A DNA stretch of 36,705 nucleotides from a virus. Its lineage: Duplodnaviria > Heunggongvirae > Uroviricota > Caudoviricetes. The translations under genes were made by a program, and so were the position numbers. The notes below the pieces were generated by a model that searched no databases, was not told the origin of the DNA, and saw only the letters and a list, made by a program, of their open reading frames with translations. This document shows positions 16,439 to 25,068 of this stretch, piece after piece; within the stretch, counting starts at the first letter, position 1, and every line of letters starts with the position of its first letter. The stretch lies in the IMG/VR virus record IMGVR_UViG_3300026484_000600, one strand, 5' to 3'.

Positions 16439-16522
16439 CCATCTTTTAACCCCTTATAAACACCGGCAAAAAACGTTTGTATTTTGCCTAAAGAATAGAT
16501 AAAGAATATTAAAAGAAGAGGA
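16439..16522. repeat. 84-bp perfect direct repeat, copy 2
   Basis: Identical to 14363-14446, 2,076 bp apart. Confidence 0.95.
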
Positions 16523-16523
16523 C

Positions 16524-16552
16524 TTGACTTTCTCTTCGAGATATGTTATAAT
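16524..16552 (+). promoter_or_regulatory. sigma70-type early promoter
   Basis: TTGACT-N17-TATAAT, TATG extension. Confidence 0.85.
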
Positions 16553-16578
16553 ATAGAAAATTAATACAGAGGTGAAAA

Positions 16579-16812
16579 ATGAATATTGGGATTTATGATT
16601 CAAATAATCGAGAAATTAAAATTGGAGATGAAATAGAGGTTGTGAACTGGTTCAAAGAAACAATCAAATCAAAAGTTAAAATTGAAATGATTACGGTTAC
16701 AGGAGATGATCATAATTATGTTGATGTTATTGGTATTGAGACATCAGACTTATGGCAATATGAAAATACGGGCAAAGGCTTAAAAGCTATTAATGTTACA
16801 GTAGTAAGTTAA
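16579..16812 (+). CDS. small phage protein, YopX-like fragment
   Basis: DSNNREIKIGDEIEV resembles the YopX DKNGKEIYEGDIV motif. Confidence 0.55.
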   Translation: MNIGIYDSNNREIKIGDEIEVVNWFKETIKSKVKIEMITVTGDDHNYVDVIGIETSDLWQYENTGKGLKAINVTVVS

Positions 16813-16868
16813 AATAAAATTAAGCAAAACCAGAGTATAATATAATATAATTAATAAAAGGAAAAAAT

Positions 16869-17315
16869 ATGAAACCTATTGAAATTAAACCGGAAATTAG
16901 AGTAATGAGTCATGAAGAATTAACAGCACGTTTAGAATATCTATCTTTTGAATTTTGTATAAATGCTGACTTTCAAAAAATTGATGCTGTTAATAAGTTA
17001 GTAGCTCGTTTAGAAGAATATTCTATGGAAGCATTAATGAGAGTTATGGAGGGGAAATTAGGTTATAGACCGCTACAAAATAAAATCTATGAAAAGGTTG
17101 AAGGATTATTTGATAATCAAGATAGTTACAATATAAACCGTATGTTCAGCTCTATGAGACGTACTCATTATTTTGGTGTTATTGATCCTGAAGATAAAAA
17201 GTACATTGAGTGGTTTAAAAACCGTGTTAAATATGGCGTTAAATCATTGATTAGAGAGGTCCATACAGTTTCATATGTAACTGTACCTAAATTCGAAGAA
17301 TTAGTTTATGAGTAA
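16869..17315 (+). CDS. hypothetical protein
   Basis: 148 aa, AAGGA RBS. Confidence 0.8.
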   Translation: MKPIEIKPEIRVMSHEELTARLEYLSFEFCINADFQKIDAVNKLVARLEEYSMEALMRVMEGKLGYRPLQNKIYEKVEGLFDNQDSYNINRMFSSMRRTHYFGVIDPEDKKYIEWFKNRVKYGVKSLIREVHTVSYVTVPKFEELVYE

Positions 17316-17628
17316 AAAACTATACGAGCGAAAATCAGACGGTACTTTTGAAGAAATTGGTGTAGAATTTACTGGCTTTCCTTCAAATGGTCTATGGTTA
17401 GTTGAGGATGGAAAACAAAACTGCATTATTCCTATGGGGAAGAAAACCTTAAAACCTGATAAAGTATTACTAAGTTATATGGTATTTCAAGATGAATTAC
17501 AAGATTATATTAGTACTGCATGGAGTGATACAAGTCTTTCAGTTAGAGATATTTCAAAAATTGCTTGTGAGTTTTTTGCTTTAAAAGCAGGTGGAATGAA
17601 AATAGGTGAGGAAATTATTGAAAATTAA
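17308..17628 (+). CDS. hypothetical protein
   Basis: 106 aa, overlaps upstream stop. Confidence 0.75.
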   Translation: MSKKLYERKSDGTFEEIGVEFTGFPSNGLWLVEDGKQNCIIPMGKKTLKPDKVLLSYMVFQDELQDYISTAWSDTSLSVRDISKIACEFFALKAGGMKIGEEIIEN

Positions 17629-17630
17629 AC

Positions 17631-17659
17631 TTGACTTTTCTTTCTAATTATGTTATAAT
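17631..17659 (+). promoter_or_regulatory. sigma70-type early promoter with 24-bp core
   Basis: TTGACT-N17-TATAAT; 53 bp identical to the 19441 promoter. Confidence 0.9.
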
Positions 17660-17687
17660 ATGGCATAATTAAAGAAAAGGATATGAA

Positions 17688-17816
17688 ATGAATTTCAAAA
17701 GAAAAAATACTTCAAAAAGAGATAAACTTCGTAGAGCAGCACCAACTTATTATTACACAACTCCAAAATCTGTTAAATTGCAGCTTGAATTTAAACGTGT
17801 TAAAGTTGAGGTTTAA
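17688..17816 (+). CDS. 42-aa basic peptide (not in ORF track)
   Basis: MNFKRKNTSKRDKLRRAAPTYYYTTPKSVKLQLEFKRVKVEV; first ORF after promoter and AAGGA RBS. Confidence 0.65.
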   Translation: MNFKRKNTSKRDKLRRAAPTYYYTTPKSVKLQLEFKRVKVEV

Positions 17817-17819
17817 GTT

Positions 17820-18053
17820 ATGCAAAAAATCGTAAAGCTTATAGATGATGGAGTTATTACTTGTGTATTTAAGGGTGATAGTGTAGATGCTTTGGTTGTT
17901 TATGAAACCTTAAAAAAATATCATGAATACGATGATTGTATCGATATTGAACTAGTTGATGAGGACAAACCATTATTTAATTCTTTGAATGAATTTTTAT
18001 CTGTTCATGAATACAAATACACTTTAGAAGAAATGCAAAAGGAAAACAGATGA
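17820..18053 (+). CDS. hypothetical protein
   Basis: 77 aa, GAGG RBS. Confidence 0.75.
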   Translation: MQKIVKLIDDGVITCVFKGDSVDALVVYETLKKYHEYDDCIDIELVDEDKPLFNSLNEFLSVHEYKYTLEEMQKENR

Positions 18054-18343
18054 TTTTTATAGCGGGTTTATTAGGATTTGCAGCTGGGGCAATCATTGTT
18101 TACTTATTTGTTCGTAATATATACCTTTATCAATATATTGATAGAGCTAGCAGACAAATGGAATTAAAAGATGTATATCGGTTTACTCAAAAAGAGTATT
18201 ATGAGCAGAATGAGGCAACAAATATTTCGGTATTTTTTGAAGATGTATTACTAGCAATACCTAAAGAATCATTAGAAAATAACAATATTGAAAGTCTTTT
18301 TGAAAGCTCTCTAAAAACAATCAAAAAATATAAAGGAATTTAA
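18050..18343 (+). CDS. hypothetical membrane-anchored protein
   Basis: N-terminal hydrophobic segment; ATGA overlap with upstream gene. Confidence 0.75.
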   Translation: MIFIAGLLGFAAGAIIVYLFVRNIYLYQYIDRASRQMELKDVYRFTQKEYYEQNEATNISVFFEDVLLAIPKESLENNNIESLFESSLKTIKKYKGI

Positions 18344-18345
18344 CA

Positions 18346-19434
18346 ATGTCAATCAAATATAATCATAATGGAAATACAGTTCAAATTTTTGACTTTAATG
18401 ATGACCAAGTAAAAGCAAAAATCGAACCTGCAATTTATTCAGTAAGCTTTAATAAGTTTATGGGGTATTTTTTAACTAAAGAAGGTGATAATTTTATTCT
18501 TCCTAAAAAAGTGTATGGTAATGCAAAAAAGAGATCTAAGAAAATTTTAAGAACTTACCAAGACAGAACTAAAAACACAGGTGTTATTCTTGTTGGTGAA
18601 AAAGGTGCTGGAAAGTCACTACTATCACAAGTACTGGGTAATAGAGTTATAAGCAAGTTAAATCTACCAGTAATTCTTGTGCAGGAACCATTTTACGGTG
18701 ATGATTTTTTATCATTTATTAATAAAATTGGGGATTGTATTATAATTCTTGATGAATTTGCTAAAACATATAAAGCTGATGAAGATAATGATAATTTACA
18801 GGAAAAGTTACTTACGATGTTTGATGGTGCAACAGGTGCTATGACCGAATCTAAAATTCTATTTGTTGTTCTTGAAAATGATATGTACAGACTCGATAAC
18901 TTTATCATTAATCGTCCTGGACGGTTCTTCTATCGATTTGAGTATGATAAAATGGAGCTGGCAGCGATAAAAGAATACTGTAAAGATAAGAAATTATCCA
19001 AAGATTTTATTTCGGACCTTATGGATTATGTTAAATCACGAACAGCATTCAGTTTTGATGTGCTTCAATCAATTGTAGAAGAGCATATTAGATATAATGA
19101 AACTCTATCTGAAATTGTTGAATCTCTTAATGTTGAAAGACCTGATGAGTTTGAAACTGTGATTGTAAGAAAAGTTATTGATAAAGGTAGCAATAGTGAA
19201 ATTCCTTTAAAAGATGATGCGAGATGGGAATCTTATGATCTTTATATTGTAAATATTGTGAAAGATAGAGAAAAGTTTGAAGAAGAGTATAAAGGTACTG
19301 ATTCGTACGTAAATAATGAAGATATTACTCTTCAAGACGGTTCTGTAAAAGTTTTTGATAATGGTGATTTTATAATTGTTACGGAGACTATTAAAGAAGC
19401 TAAAATCGATTATAAACGTTTACTTGCATTTTAG
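18346..19434 (+). CDS. AAA+ ATPase (phage type)
   Basis: Walker A GEKGAGKS, Walker B IIILDEF, NRPGRF arginine finger. Confidence 0.88.
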   Translation: MSIKYNHNGNTVQIFDFNDDQVKAKIEPAIYSVSFNKFMGYFLTKEGDNFILPKKVYGNAKKRSKKILRTYQDRTKNTGVILVGEKGAGKSLLSQVLGNRVISKLNLPVILVQEPFYGDDFLSFINKIGDCIIILDEFAKTYKADEDNDNLQEKLLTMFDGATGAMTESKILFVVLENDMYRLDNFIINRPGRFFYRFEYDKMELAAIKEYCKDKKLSKDFISDLMDYVKSRTAFSFDVLQSIVEEHIRYNETLSEIVESLNVERPDEFETVIVRKVIDKGSNSEIPLKDDARWESYDLYIVNIVKDREKFEEEYKGTDSYVNNEDITLQDGSVKVFDNGDFIIVTETIKEAKIDYKRLLAF

Positions 19435-19442
19435 TGAGAAAC

Positions 19443-19471
19443 TTGACTTTTCTTTCTAATTATGTTATAAT
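19443..19471 (+). promoter_or_regulatory. sigma70-type early promoter with 24-bp core
   Basis: TTGACT-N17-TATAAT; exact core 19461-19484. Confidence 0.9.
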
Positions 19472-19499
19472 ATGGCATAATTAAAGAAAAGGAAACTAA

Positions 19500-21626
19500 A
19501 TGATTTTAGCAAATGAAGTCCAAGATGTTCAACTAAGTGGAGCTCAAAATGTAAAGGAATTTACTATTAAAGCGAGTGCAAAAGCATTCCAGATTTTGAG
19601 TTCAAATCTTTACTCAAATCCATTAGGTTCTATGATTAGAGAGTTATCCACCAATGCGTATGATGCACATGTAATGGTTGGTAAAACGGATGAACCATTC
19701 CATATCAAATTACCAAATTCACTTGATCCTACTTTTAAAATTCGTGATTTTGGTCCAGGTCTTTCAGATGAAGAAATCAACTCAGTTTATACTACATTCT
19801 TTGAATCAACAAAAACAAATAACAATGATGTAGTGGGTTGTTTGGGATTGGGTAGTAAATCGCCTTTCGGTGTATCTGATTCTTTTACTATTACAAGTTA
19901 CTACAATGGTACCAAAACCATTTATTCTGCTTTTTTAGATTCAAGTAGAATTCCTTCAGTTGCAAAGTTTCATTCAGAAGAAACAGAGGAAGAAAATGGT
20001 ATTGAAATCGAAGTTGCTATTAAAGAAGAAGATATTGGGTATTTTGCTAGAGAGGTAAATAACCAGCTTAAATATTTTAAAGTTAAACCTACTATTTCAG
20101 GGAATTCTAACTTTGTATGGCAAACAGATGAAGAGTATCTTTATGAAGGTACAAATTGGAAAATGGTAGGGCGACAGCACAGCGGTTATTATCACGCTAG
20201 AGCTATTCAGGGGCAAATTTCATATCCTATATCTACTAGAGATATGGGTACTAAATATGAACAGTCTAGTAGAGCGATTAAAGAACTATTAGAAATGAGT
20301 ATTTTATTTGAAGTTAATATTGGTGAAGTTAATATTGCTCCAAGTAGAGAAGCATTATCTTATGATGAAGCAACGGTTGATAATATTCTTTCATATGCTC
20401 AAAAGGTTTTAGAAGAGCTACCTGCTATGATCGCTAAAGCCATTGAAGATGCTCCGACAGAGTGGGAAGCTAGATTAAAATATGAGAGTATTATGTCTAG
20501 TTTTGGGTATCATTCAGATATTCGTAAATATATAAATGAAAGTAGTGATTCAAGATGGAGAGGTATTGATGTTTCGTCTACAGAATTGAGAATTGATGCT
20601 GATGATATCATCGAATACAAATTTTTTGAAAAAAATTATAATGGTAAATTCCGTAAGCAGGAATACTCAAAATCGAGAGATTGGGATGCACAAACAGATA
20701 TTTATTATTGGAATGTAAATGTTGTTAGTGATAAAAAAGGGCTGTTATTCTATGCAACACCAGATGATAAAGCTGTAGATGCAAGAGTTAAGCAGTTTAT
20801 TACCGATTATAATAGTCGTATTAGACCATATATTATTAAGACGACTCTTCCATTTGAGGAATTAATTGATAAATTGGGTAATCCTGATATGATAAAGGTT
20901 TCTACTCTTGATAAAGTTAGAAGAGCTAAGAAAGTATCAACGACTGGAGATGAAGAAATTCAAATTCCTATGTATTCTGATTATGGTTGGAATCAATCTG
21001 ATAGATGGCCATTAAAAACAGTTGATGCTGACTTAACAAAGATCGATGGATATTATGTTGATCTTGATAGATTTAATTCATACTATAATGGTGATGAGAT
21101 AACTGATATAAAAAGTGTTGTATCTGCAGCTATCAAATTAGAGCTTATTGATAGTGATAAACCGATTGTTGGTCTCAGAAAAGCCATGAGAAAAAAGGAT
21201 CATAACCTTGTTAATCTTTTTGATCATATTAAAGAACAATTTGATGCGAGTGGTATGACAATGGAATATTATTTTGGTTCAACCTCTAGTACGCAATATT
21301 CATTAGTACAGAAAATTTTAAATGATAATATATTGCTAGATATAATTATTAATAATATAGATGATACTTCTGAAATTAATCGTTTAGCTCAAGCGGTGAA
21401 ACATAACCAAGATCATGATCTTGGTAGAGACGCAAAGTATATGATGTCGGTATTGAATGTTAATCCTCACCAAGAAGATCTATCATCACTTGCTTTAGTT
21501 TGTATTGAAAAATATGATATGTTAGTTGAGTGTGGGTATTATATTAAAAAGGAACCAGCTATAAAATATATTCAACAAATGGATTTACTACACACTTTAA
21601 CAAATACTGATAAAAAACTTTTCTAG
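19500..21626 (+). CDS. rIIA: rIIA-like protein (N-terminal GHKL ATPase)
   Basis: AFQILSSNLYS, IRELSTNAYDAH, IRDFGPGL, GCLGLGSKSPF, APSREALSY. Confidence 0.88.
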   Translation: MILANEVQDVQLSGAQNVKEFTIKASAKAFQILSSNLYSNPLGSMIRELSTNAYDAHVMVGKTDEPFHIKLPNSLDPTFKIRDFGPGLSDEEINSVYTTFFESTKTNNNDVVGCLGLGSKSPFGVSDSFTITSYYNGTKTIYSAFLDSSRIPSVAKFHSEETEEENGIEIEVAIKEEDIGYFAREVNNQLKYFKVKPTISGNSNFVWQTDEEYLYEGTNWKMVGRQHSGYYHARAIQGQISYPISTRDMGTKYEQSSRAIKELLEMSILFEVNIGEVNIAPSREALSYDEATVDNILSYAQKVLEELPAMIAKAIEDAPTEWEARLKYESIMSSFGYHSDIRKYINESSDSRWRGIDVSSTELRIDADDIIEYKFFEKNYNGKFRKQEYSKSRDWDAQTDIYYWNVNVVSDKKGLLFYATPDDKAVDARVKQFITDYNSRIRPYIIKTTLPFEELIDKLGNPDMIKVSTLDKVRRAKKVSTTGDEEIQIPMYSDYGWNQSDRWPLKTVDADLTKIDGYYVDLDRFNSYYNGDEITDIKSVVSAAIKLELIDSDKPIVGLRKAMRKKDHNLVNLFDHIKEQFDASGMTMEYYFGSTSSTQYSLVQKILNDNILLDIIINNIDDTSEINRLAQAVKHNQDHDLGRDAKYMMSVLNVNPHQEDLSSLALVCIEKYDMLVECGYYIKKEPAIKYIQQMDLLHTLTNTDKKLF

Positions 21627-21641
21627 GATTATTCCTAGAAA
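21620..21641. terminator. hairpin at rIIA end
   Basis: tttctagga-ttat-tcctagaaa 9-bp stem, T-rich tract shortly after. Confidence 0.5.
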
Positions 21642-21644
21642 GTC

Positions 21645-21673
21645 TTGATTTTTTTCTTTGAATATGTTATAAT
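21645..21673 (+). promoter_or_regulatory. sigma70-type early promoter
   Basis: TTGATT-N17-TATAAT; variant core. Confidence 0.8.
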
Positions 21674-21701
21674 ATAATATAATTAAAGAAAAGGATCAAA
21701 A

Positions 21702-21911
21702 ATGAATTTTTTTGAAAGACATCCATTAGTAGGTTTATTTCTAGCATCTGTTTTATGTTTTAGTGCTTTACATGCTCTTAATGATACTGCAACTATTGAA
21801 ATTATCGATGGGCAGGAATACATCGTTGCAATCAATGGTAAATATGTAGAACCAAGAAGACCTAATCGCTATGATATTGAGTTAAATTGGGAATATGCAG
21901 ATGAAAAATAA
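21702..21911 (+). CDS. small membrane-anchored protein
   Basis: 69 aa, N-terminal hydrophobic helix. Confidence 0.75.
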   Translation: MNFFERHPLVGLFLASVLCFSALHALNDTATIEIIDGQEYIVAINGKYVEPRRPNRYDIELNWEYADEK

Positions 21912-22362
21912 TATTCGTATTTTTGATTCTTTTGATAATTTATTTTCATTTTTAAAAGAGAATCAAGAAACAATCGAATTTGGTGAGATAGATCAATTAG
22001 CCGAATTCATGCTTAGTGCTTTTCTTTCGCCTGCAACTGATGAATCAAATATTCTATCTCAACTTAATATTTGGTTTCAAGAACGTACTAATAAATCAAT
22101 GAGATCTATCATTCAAGACTATTTAGAAGTTATAAATGAATATAAGCTGTCATCGTATAAGATAAAAGTTCTATTAGGATTAAGAGGACCATATAATGAT
22201 GATACTATTTTGGAATATATAAAAAAGAATTCCTATTCAGAAGTAGTGAAAGCTATTGTTAAATACCAAGATGTAAATTTTGAGGCAAAAATATTTATGG
22301 CTGAGTATCATAACGATACATCATATTTACCTGAAGAGTTAAAAACACTCTTTGTATTTTAA
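21895..22362 (+). CDS. hypothetical protein
   Basis: 155 aa (start may be ATG 21901); C-terminal YLPEELKTLFVF. Confidence 0.75.
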   Translation: MQMKNNIRIFDSFDNLFSFLKENQETIEFGEIDQLAEFMLSAFLSPATDESNILSQLNIWFQERTNKSMRSIIQDYLEVINEYKLSSYKIKVLLGLRGPYNDDTILEYIKKNSYSEVVKAIVKYQDVNFEAKIFMAEYHNDTSYLPEELKTLFVF

Positions 22363-22378
22363 TAGAGGGGATAAAATT

Positions 22379-23002
22379 ATGAACGTGTTATTTAACTTAC
22401 CATCACATTTACCTAAGTCTAAACTTCTTTGGACTAATAAAGATATAACATATTTGGTTGGTCAAAATGGTTCAGGTAAAACATTAACTATAATGCAAAT
22501 GGCAGCATGGTGTGAATCTAAAGGTTATTCGTATGTTGTATATGATGCGATGACAGCGTTATACGAAGCACCAGAATTAATAGAGAATGCTACACCCCAG
22601 GAATTAAAAATAGTATGTAAACAGATGGCTGATTTTTCATTTGATTTTCAAGATGATTTAAAAAGATGGTCTAGTGGCAGTATTGAAGATGCTTTAAATG
22701 ATGATAGTCTTCTTAGAAGTGTTCTTAAAATGATTGGTAATGGATATACTAGAATGTTTGTTATGCTTTACAAAGTAGTTTTAAAAGAACCAGAATATTA
22801 TTTTTTAGATTTGCCAGAGACATCATTACATGTTGTTATTACAAGAGAGTTACCTAGATTATTAATGCGATTTAGCCCTTTATCAAAATTTGTAATTAGT
22901 ACTCATTCACCAGAAATTTATAGAGAAGAAGGCGATTATCAAACTATTGATATGGATGAATCTTATGAATTAAATGATGAATTAATTTATGAAGAATTTT
23001 AA
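22379..23002 (+). CDS. minimal ABC/AAA_21-like ATPase with degenerate Walker B
   Basis: Walker A GQNGSGKT, LDLPETSLH in place of DEPE..LH, H-loop ISTHSP; start at ATG 22379 after GAGGGG. Confidence 0.7.
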   Translation: MNVLFNLPSHLPKSKLLWTNKDITYLVGQNGSGKTLTIMQMAAWCESKGYSYVVYDAMTALYEAPELIENATPQELKIVCKQMADFSFDFQDDLKRWSSGSIEDALNDDSLLRSVLKMIGNGYTRMFVMLYKVVLKEPEYYFLDLPETSLHVVITRELPRLLMRFSPLSKFVISTHSPEIYREEGDYQTIDMDESYELNDELIYEEF

Positions 23003-23008
23003 AAGTGC

Positions 23009-23037
23009 TTGATAAAAAATCTAAATTATGATATAAT
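23009..23037 (+). promoter_or_regulatory. sigma70-type early promoter
   Basis: TTGATA-N17-TATAAT with TG extension. Confidence 0.75.
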
Positions 23038-23066
23038 ATATTTAATTTAAATACAAAGGATAAAAG

Positions 23067-23369
23067 ATGAGAAAAGAACGATATTCACTAACAAGACCTA
23101 TTACAAAGAGTGGCACTACTTATTATTGGGATAGTTTAGTAAAACTAAATAATGGTGAAGAGATAACGGATAAACAAGTTAAAACAATTGAGAAGAAAGG
23201 TTTAACTTATAAAGCTATGAGAGAGAAAGGCTTGGTAGAAGTGGTTGATGATGTTTATCGTATTACTCGCAAAGGGTACAAATATATCAAATTTTATGAA
23301 AATACACCTCAAGGAAATTTTTTTAATTCGTCAAGTGAATCACCTAAAATAGTTGACAAAATATCTTAA
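23067..23369 (+). CDS. basic hypothetical protein, possible winged helix
   Basis: 100 aa; REKGLVEVVDDVYRITRKGYKYI resembles a wHTH wing. Confidence 0.65.
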   Translation: MRKERYSLTRPITKSGTTYYWDSLVKLNNGEEITDKQVKTIEKKGLTYKAMREKGLVEVVDDVYRITRKGYKYIKFYENTPQGNFFNSSSESPKIVDKIS

Positions 23370-23381
23370 TTATGTTATAAT
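23353..23381 (+). promoter_or_regulatory. sigma70-type early promoter with 24-bp core
   Basis: TTGACA-N17-TATAAT; exact core 23371-23394. Confidence 0.9.
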
Positions 23382-23410
23382 ATGGCATAATTAAAGAAAA
23401 GGTGTATAAA

Positions 23411-23830
23411 ATGTTTAGTTCAAAATATGTTAAAATTGCAAAAACCGATTGGGAAAACATTAAAAGAGATTATAACGATTTATTGGCTGAGGTAGCAGTA
23501 CTAAAAGCTGAGAATAAAGAGTTAAAAGAACAGTCGTCAGAGTTTTTAATGGGTGTTGTTAAAAAACAATCAGAGGAAATCAAAAAGCTTATGAAATACA
23601 AAGCTCAGGATGATGCTCTTTTTAGTTACGAGCAAACAAATGATAAACATTTAAAAACTATCAGAAAGCAAGAAGAGCATATTAAAGAACTTGAAAATGA
23701 GAATGCGACTTTATTACATGCGTTTCAAAGAGAAGCAAGTACAAGTTCGTTGTTAGCAAAAAAAATTGCAGAATCTAAATTTGGTTGTGAAGAATATAAA
23801 ACAGTTTCGCAACTAGATATCCACGCATAA
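23411..23830 (+). CDS. coiled-coil hypothetical protein
   Basis: 139 aa from ATG 23411, heptad-like pattern. Confidence 0.75.
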   Translation: MFSSKYVKIAKTDWENIKRDYNDLLAEVAVLKAENKELKEQSSEFLMGVVKKQSEEIKKLMKYKAQDDALFSYEQTNDKHLKTIRKQEEHIKELENENATLLHAFQREASTSSLLAKKIAESKFGCEEYKTVSQLDIHA

Positions 23831-23841
23831 GGTGATAATAA

Positions 23842-24045
23842 ATGAGTCATTTAGATATTTTGGTTAAAGTAAATGAAGTTAATGATTTGGTAGAAATACC
23901 GTCTCAGCAATTTCTAAAAGGTGAAGAACCTACACTTAATAGAGGTGAGAGACTAATCACTCTCAAAGAGCTTATGCTATTGAATCTAAATGGTTATCTA
24001 AGAATTATCAAAGAGATAGCTCAAAAAGAAACAGCAGGGGTATAA
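23842..24045 (+). CDS. hypothetical protein
   Basis: 67 aa, AAGGTG RBS. Confidence 0.75.
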   Translation: MSHLDILVKVNEVNDLVEIPSQQFLKGEEPTLNRGERLITLKELMLLNLNGYLRIIKEIAQKETAGV

Positions 24046-24047
24046 AA

Positions 24048-24566
24048 ATGAATTCAGAAGTTATGTATCAAACATATGGTGTTATGGTGAGTGATAAAAT
24101 CGAAGATGTAATAGACGGTCACAAAATCGTTTGTAATTTTAAAGCTATAGTTGAATATCAAATGGGACAAGATATTACTGTTAATCTTTCTTTCCTATCA
24201 ATAACAATTGATAACATTGAAGTTGATGAAGAAGAACTGATTTTTGGTACTATCCAAGATATGATTGTTACTGTTCTTGAAAGTGATATCAATATCAATA
24301 ATACGGATTATACTTTTAACCTTGAGACGGATTTAAGAGAAGTGGGTGTGCTTGAAGATTTTCAAGAAGAGCTAAAAGAATTTATACAAGAACACAGCAC
24401 ATCAGTTATTACCGTTGCAGACCTTATCTCTAAACTTGAACACTATCCAAAGGATTATCCAGTTGTAATGCCTGATATGGCTCCGATTAAATTGGTTATT
24501 GAGAGTACTTATGATGATGGTGTGGTTATTATAAGTGATGAAAATGGTGAAGAAGAGGACAATTAA
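24048..24566 (+). CDS. acidic hypothetical phage protein
   Basis: 172 aa; C-terminal TVADLISKLEHYPKDYPVV module common in phage proteins. Confidence 0.75.
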   Translation: MNSEVMYQTYGVMVSDKIEDVIDGHKIVCNFKAIVEYQMGQDITVNLSFLSITIDNIEVDEEELIFGTIQDMIVTVLESDININNTDYTFNLETDLREVGVLEDFQEELKEFIQEHSTSVITVADLISKLEHYPKDYPVVMPDMAPIKLVIESTYDDGVVIISDENGEEEDN

Positions 24567-24567
24567 A

Positions 24568-24789
24568 ATGATTGCTTTAAAAATTAAAGACATAAATGGT
24601 AGAGTTTTAACCATAGATGATAAAATTCGTATGGTTGATCCAGAAACCGAGGAAGTCTATGGCGATGAGTCATCTGTAAGATTAGTGCTTACAGATGACG
24701 ACACTTATGAAATAAGAGCATTTGAGAATGGTCACAGTTGCAAAAGAATTTCTAATGGAATTTATGCGCAGCCATTTCTAATAGTTTGA
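24568..24789 (+). CDS. small phage protein, YopX-like
   Basis: 73 aa from ATG 24568; KDINGRVLTIDDKI resembles the 16579 protein. Confidence 0.6.
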   Translation: MIALKIKDINGRVLTIDDKIRMVDPETEEVYGDESSVRLVLTDDDTYEIRAFENGHSCKRISNGIYAQPFLIV

Positions 24790-24792
24790 CCT

Positions 24793-24864
24793 ATTAGATT
24801 TGAAGATGAGGATTTAAAATACTTACTTTGTTTATCGATAGTAGTCCTCATCTTCAAATCTAAT
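24793..24864. repeat. 20-bp perfect inverted repeat with 32-nt loop
   Basis: attagatttgaagatgagga (24793-24812) / tcctcatcttcaaatctaat (24845-24864). Confidence 0.9.
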
Positions 24865-24879
24865 TATAAAGGAACTAAA

Positions 24880-25014
24880 ATGTCTAAAAAATGTAAAGAT
24901 AAAAAATTAACAAAAAAAGAGATTGATAAAAAATTTCATAAATTGTTAATTGATCAAACTACTAAACGATTAGGACGTCAATTAACAGATGAGGAGATCA
25001 TGTTTTTAATTTGA
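24880..25014 (+). CDS. 44-aa basic peptide (not in ORF track)
   Basis: MSKKCKDKKLTKKEIDKKFHKLLIDQTTKRLGRQLTDEEIMFLI; AAAGGA RBS. Confidence 0.65.
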   Translation: MSKKCKDKKLTKKEIDKKFHKLLIDQTTKRLGRQLTDEEIMFLI

Positions 25015-25039
25015 CATTTATTCTCTTTTATGTTATAAT
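25011..25039 (+). promoter_or_regulatory. sigma70-type early promoter
   Basis: TTGACA-N17-TATAAT; core with one mismatch. Confidence 0.9.
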
Positions 25040-25068
25040 ATGACATAATTAAAGAAAAGGTGCAAACG

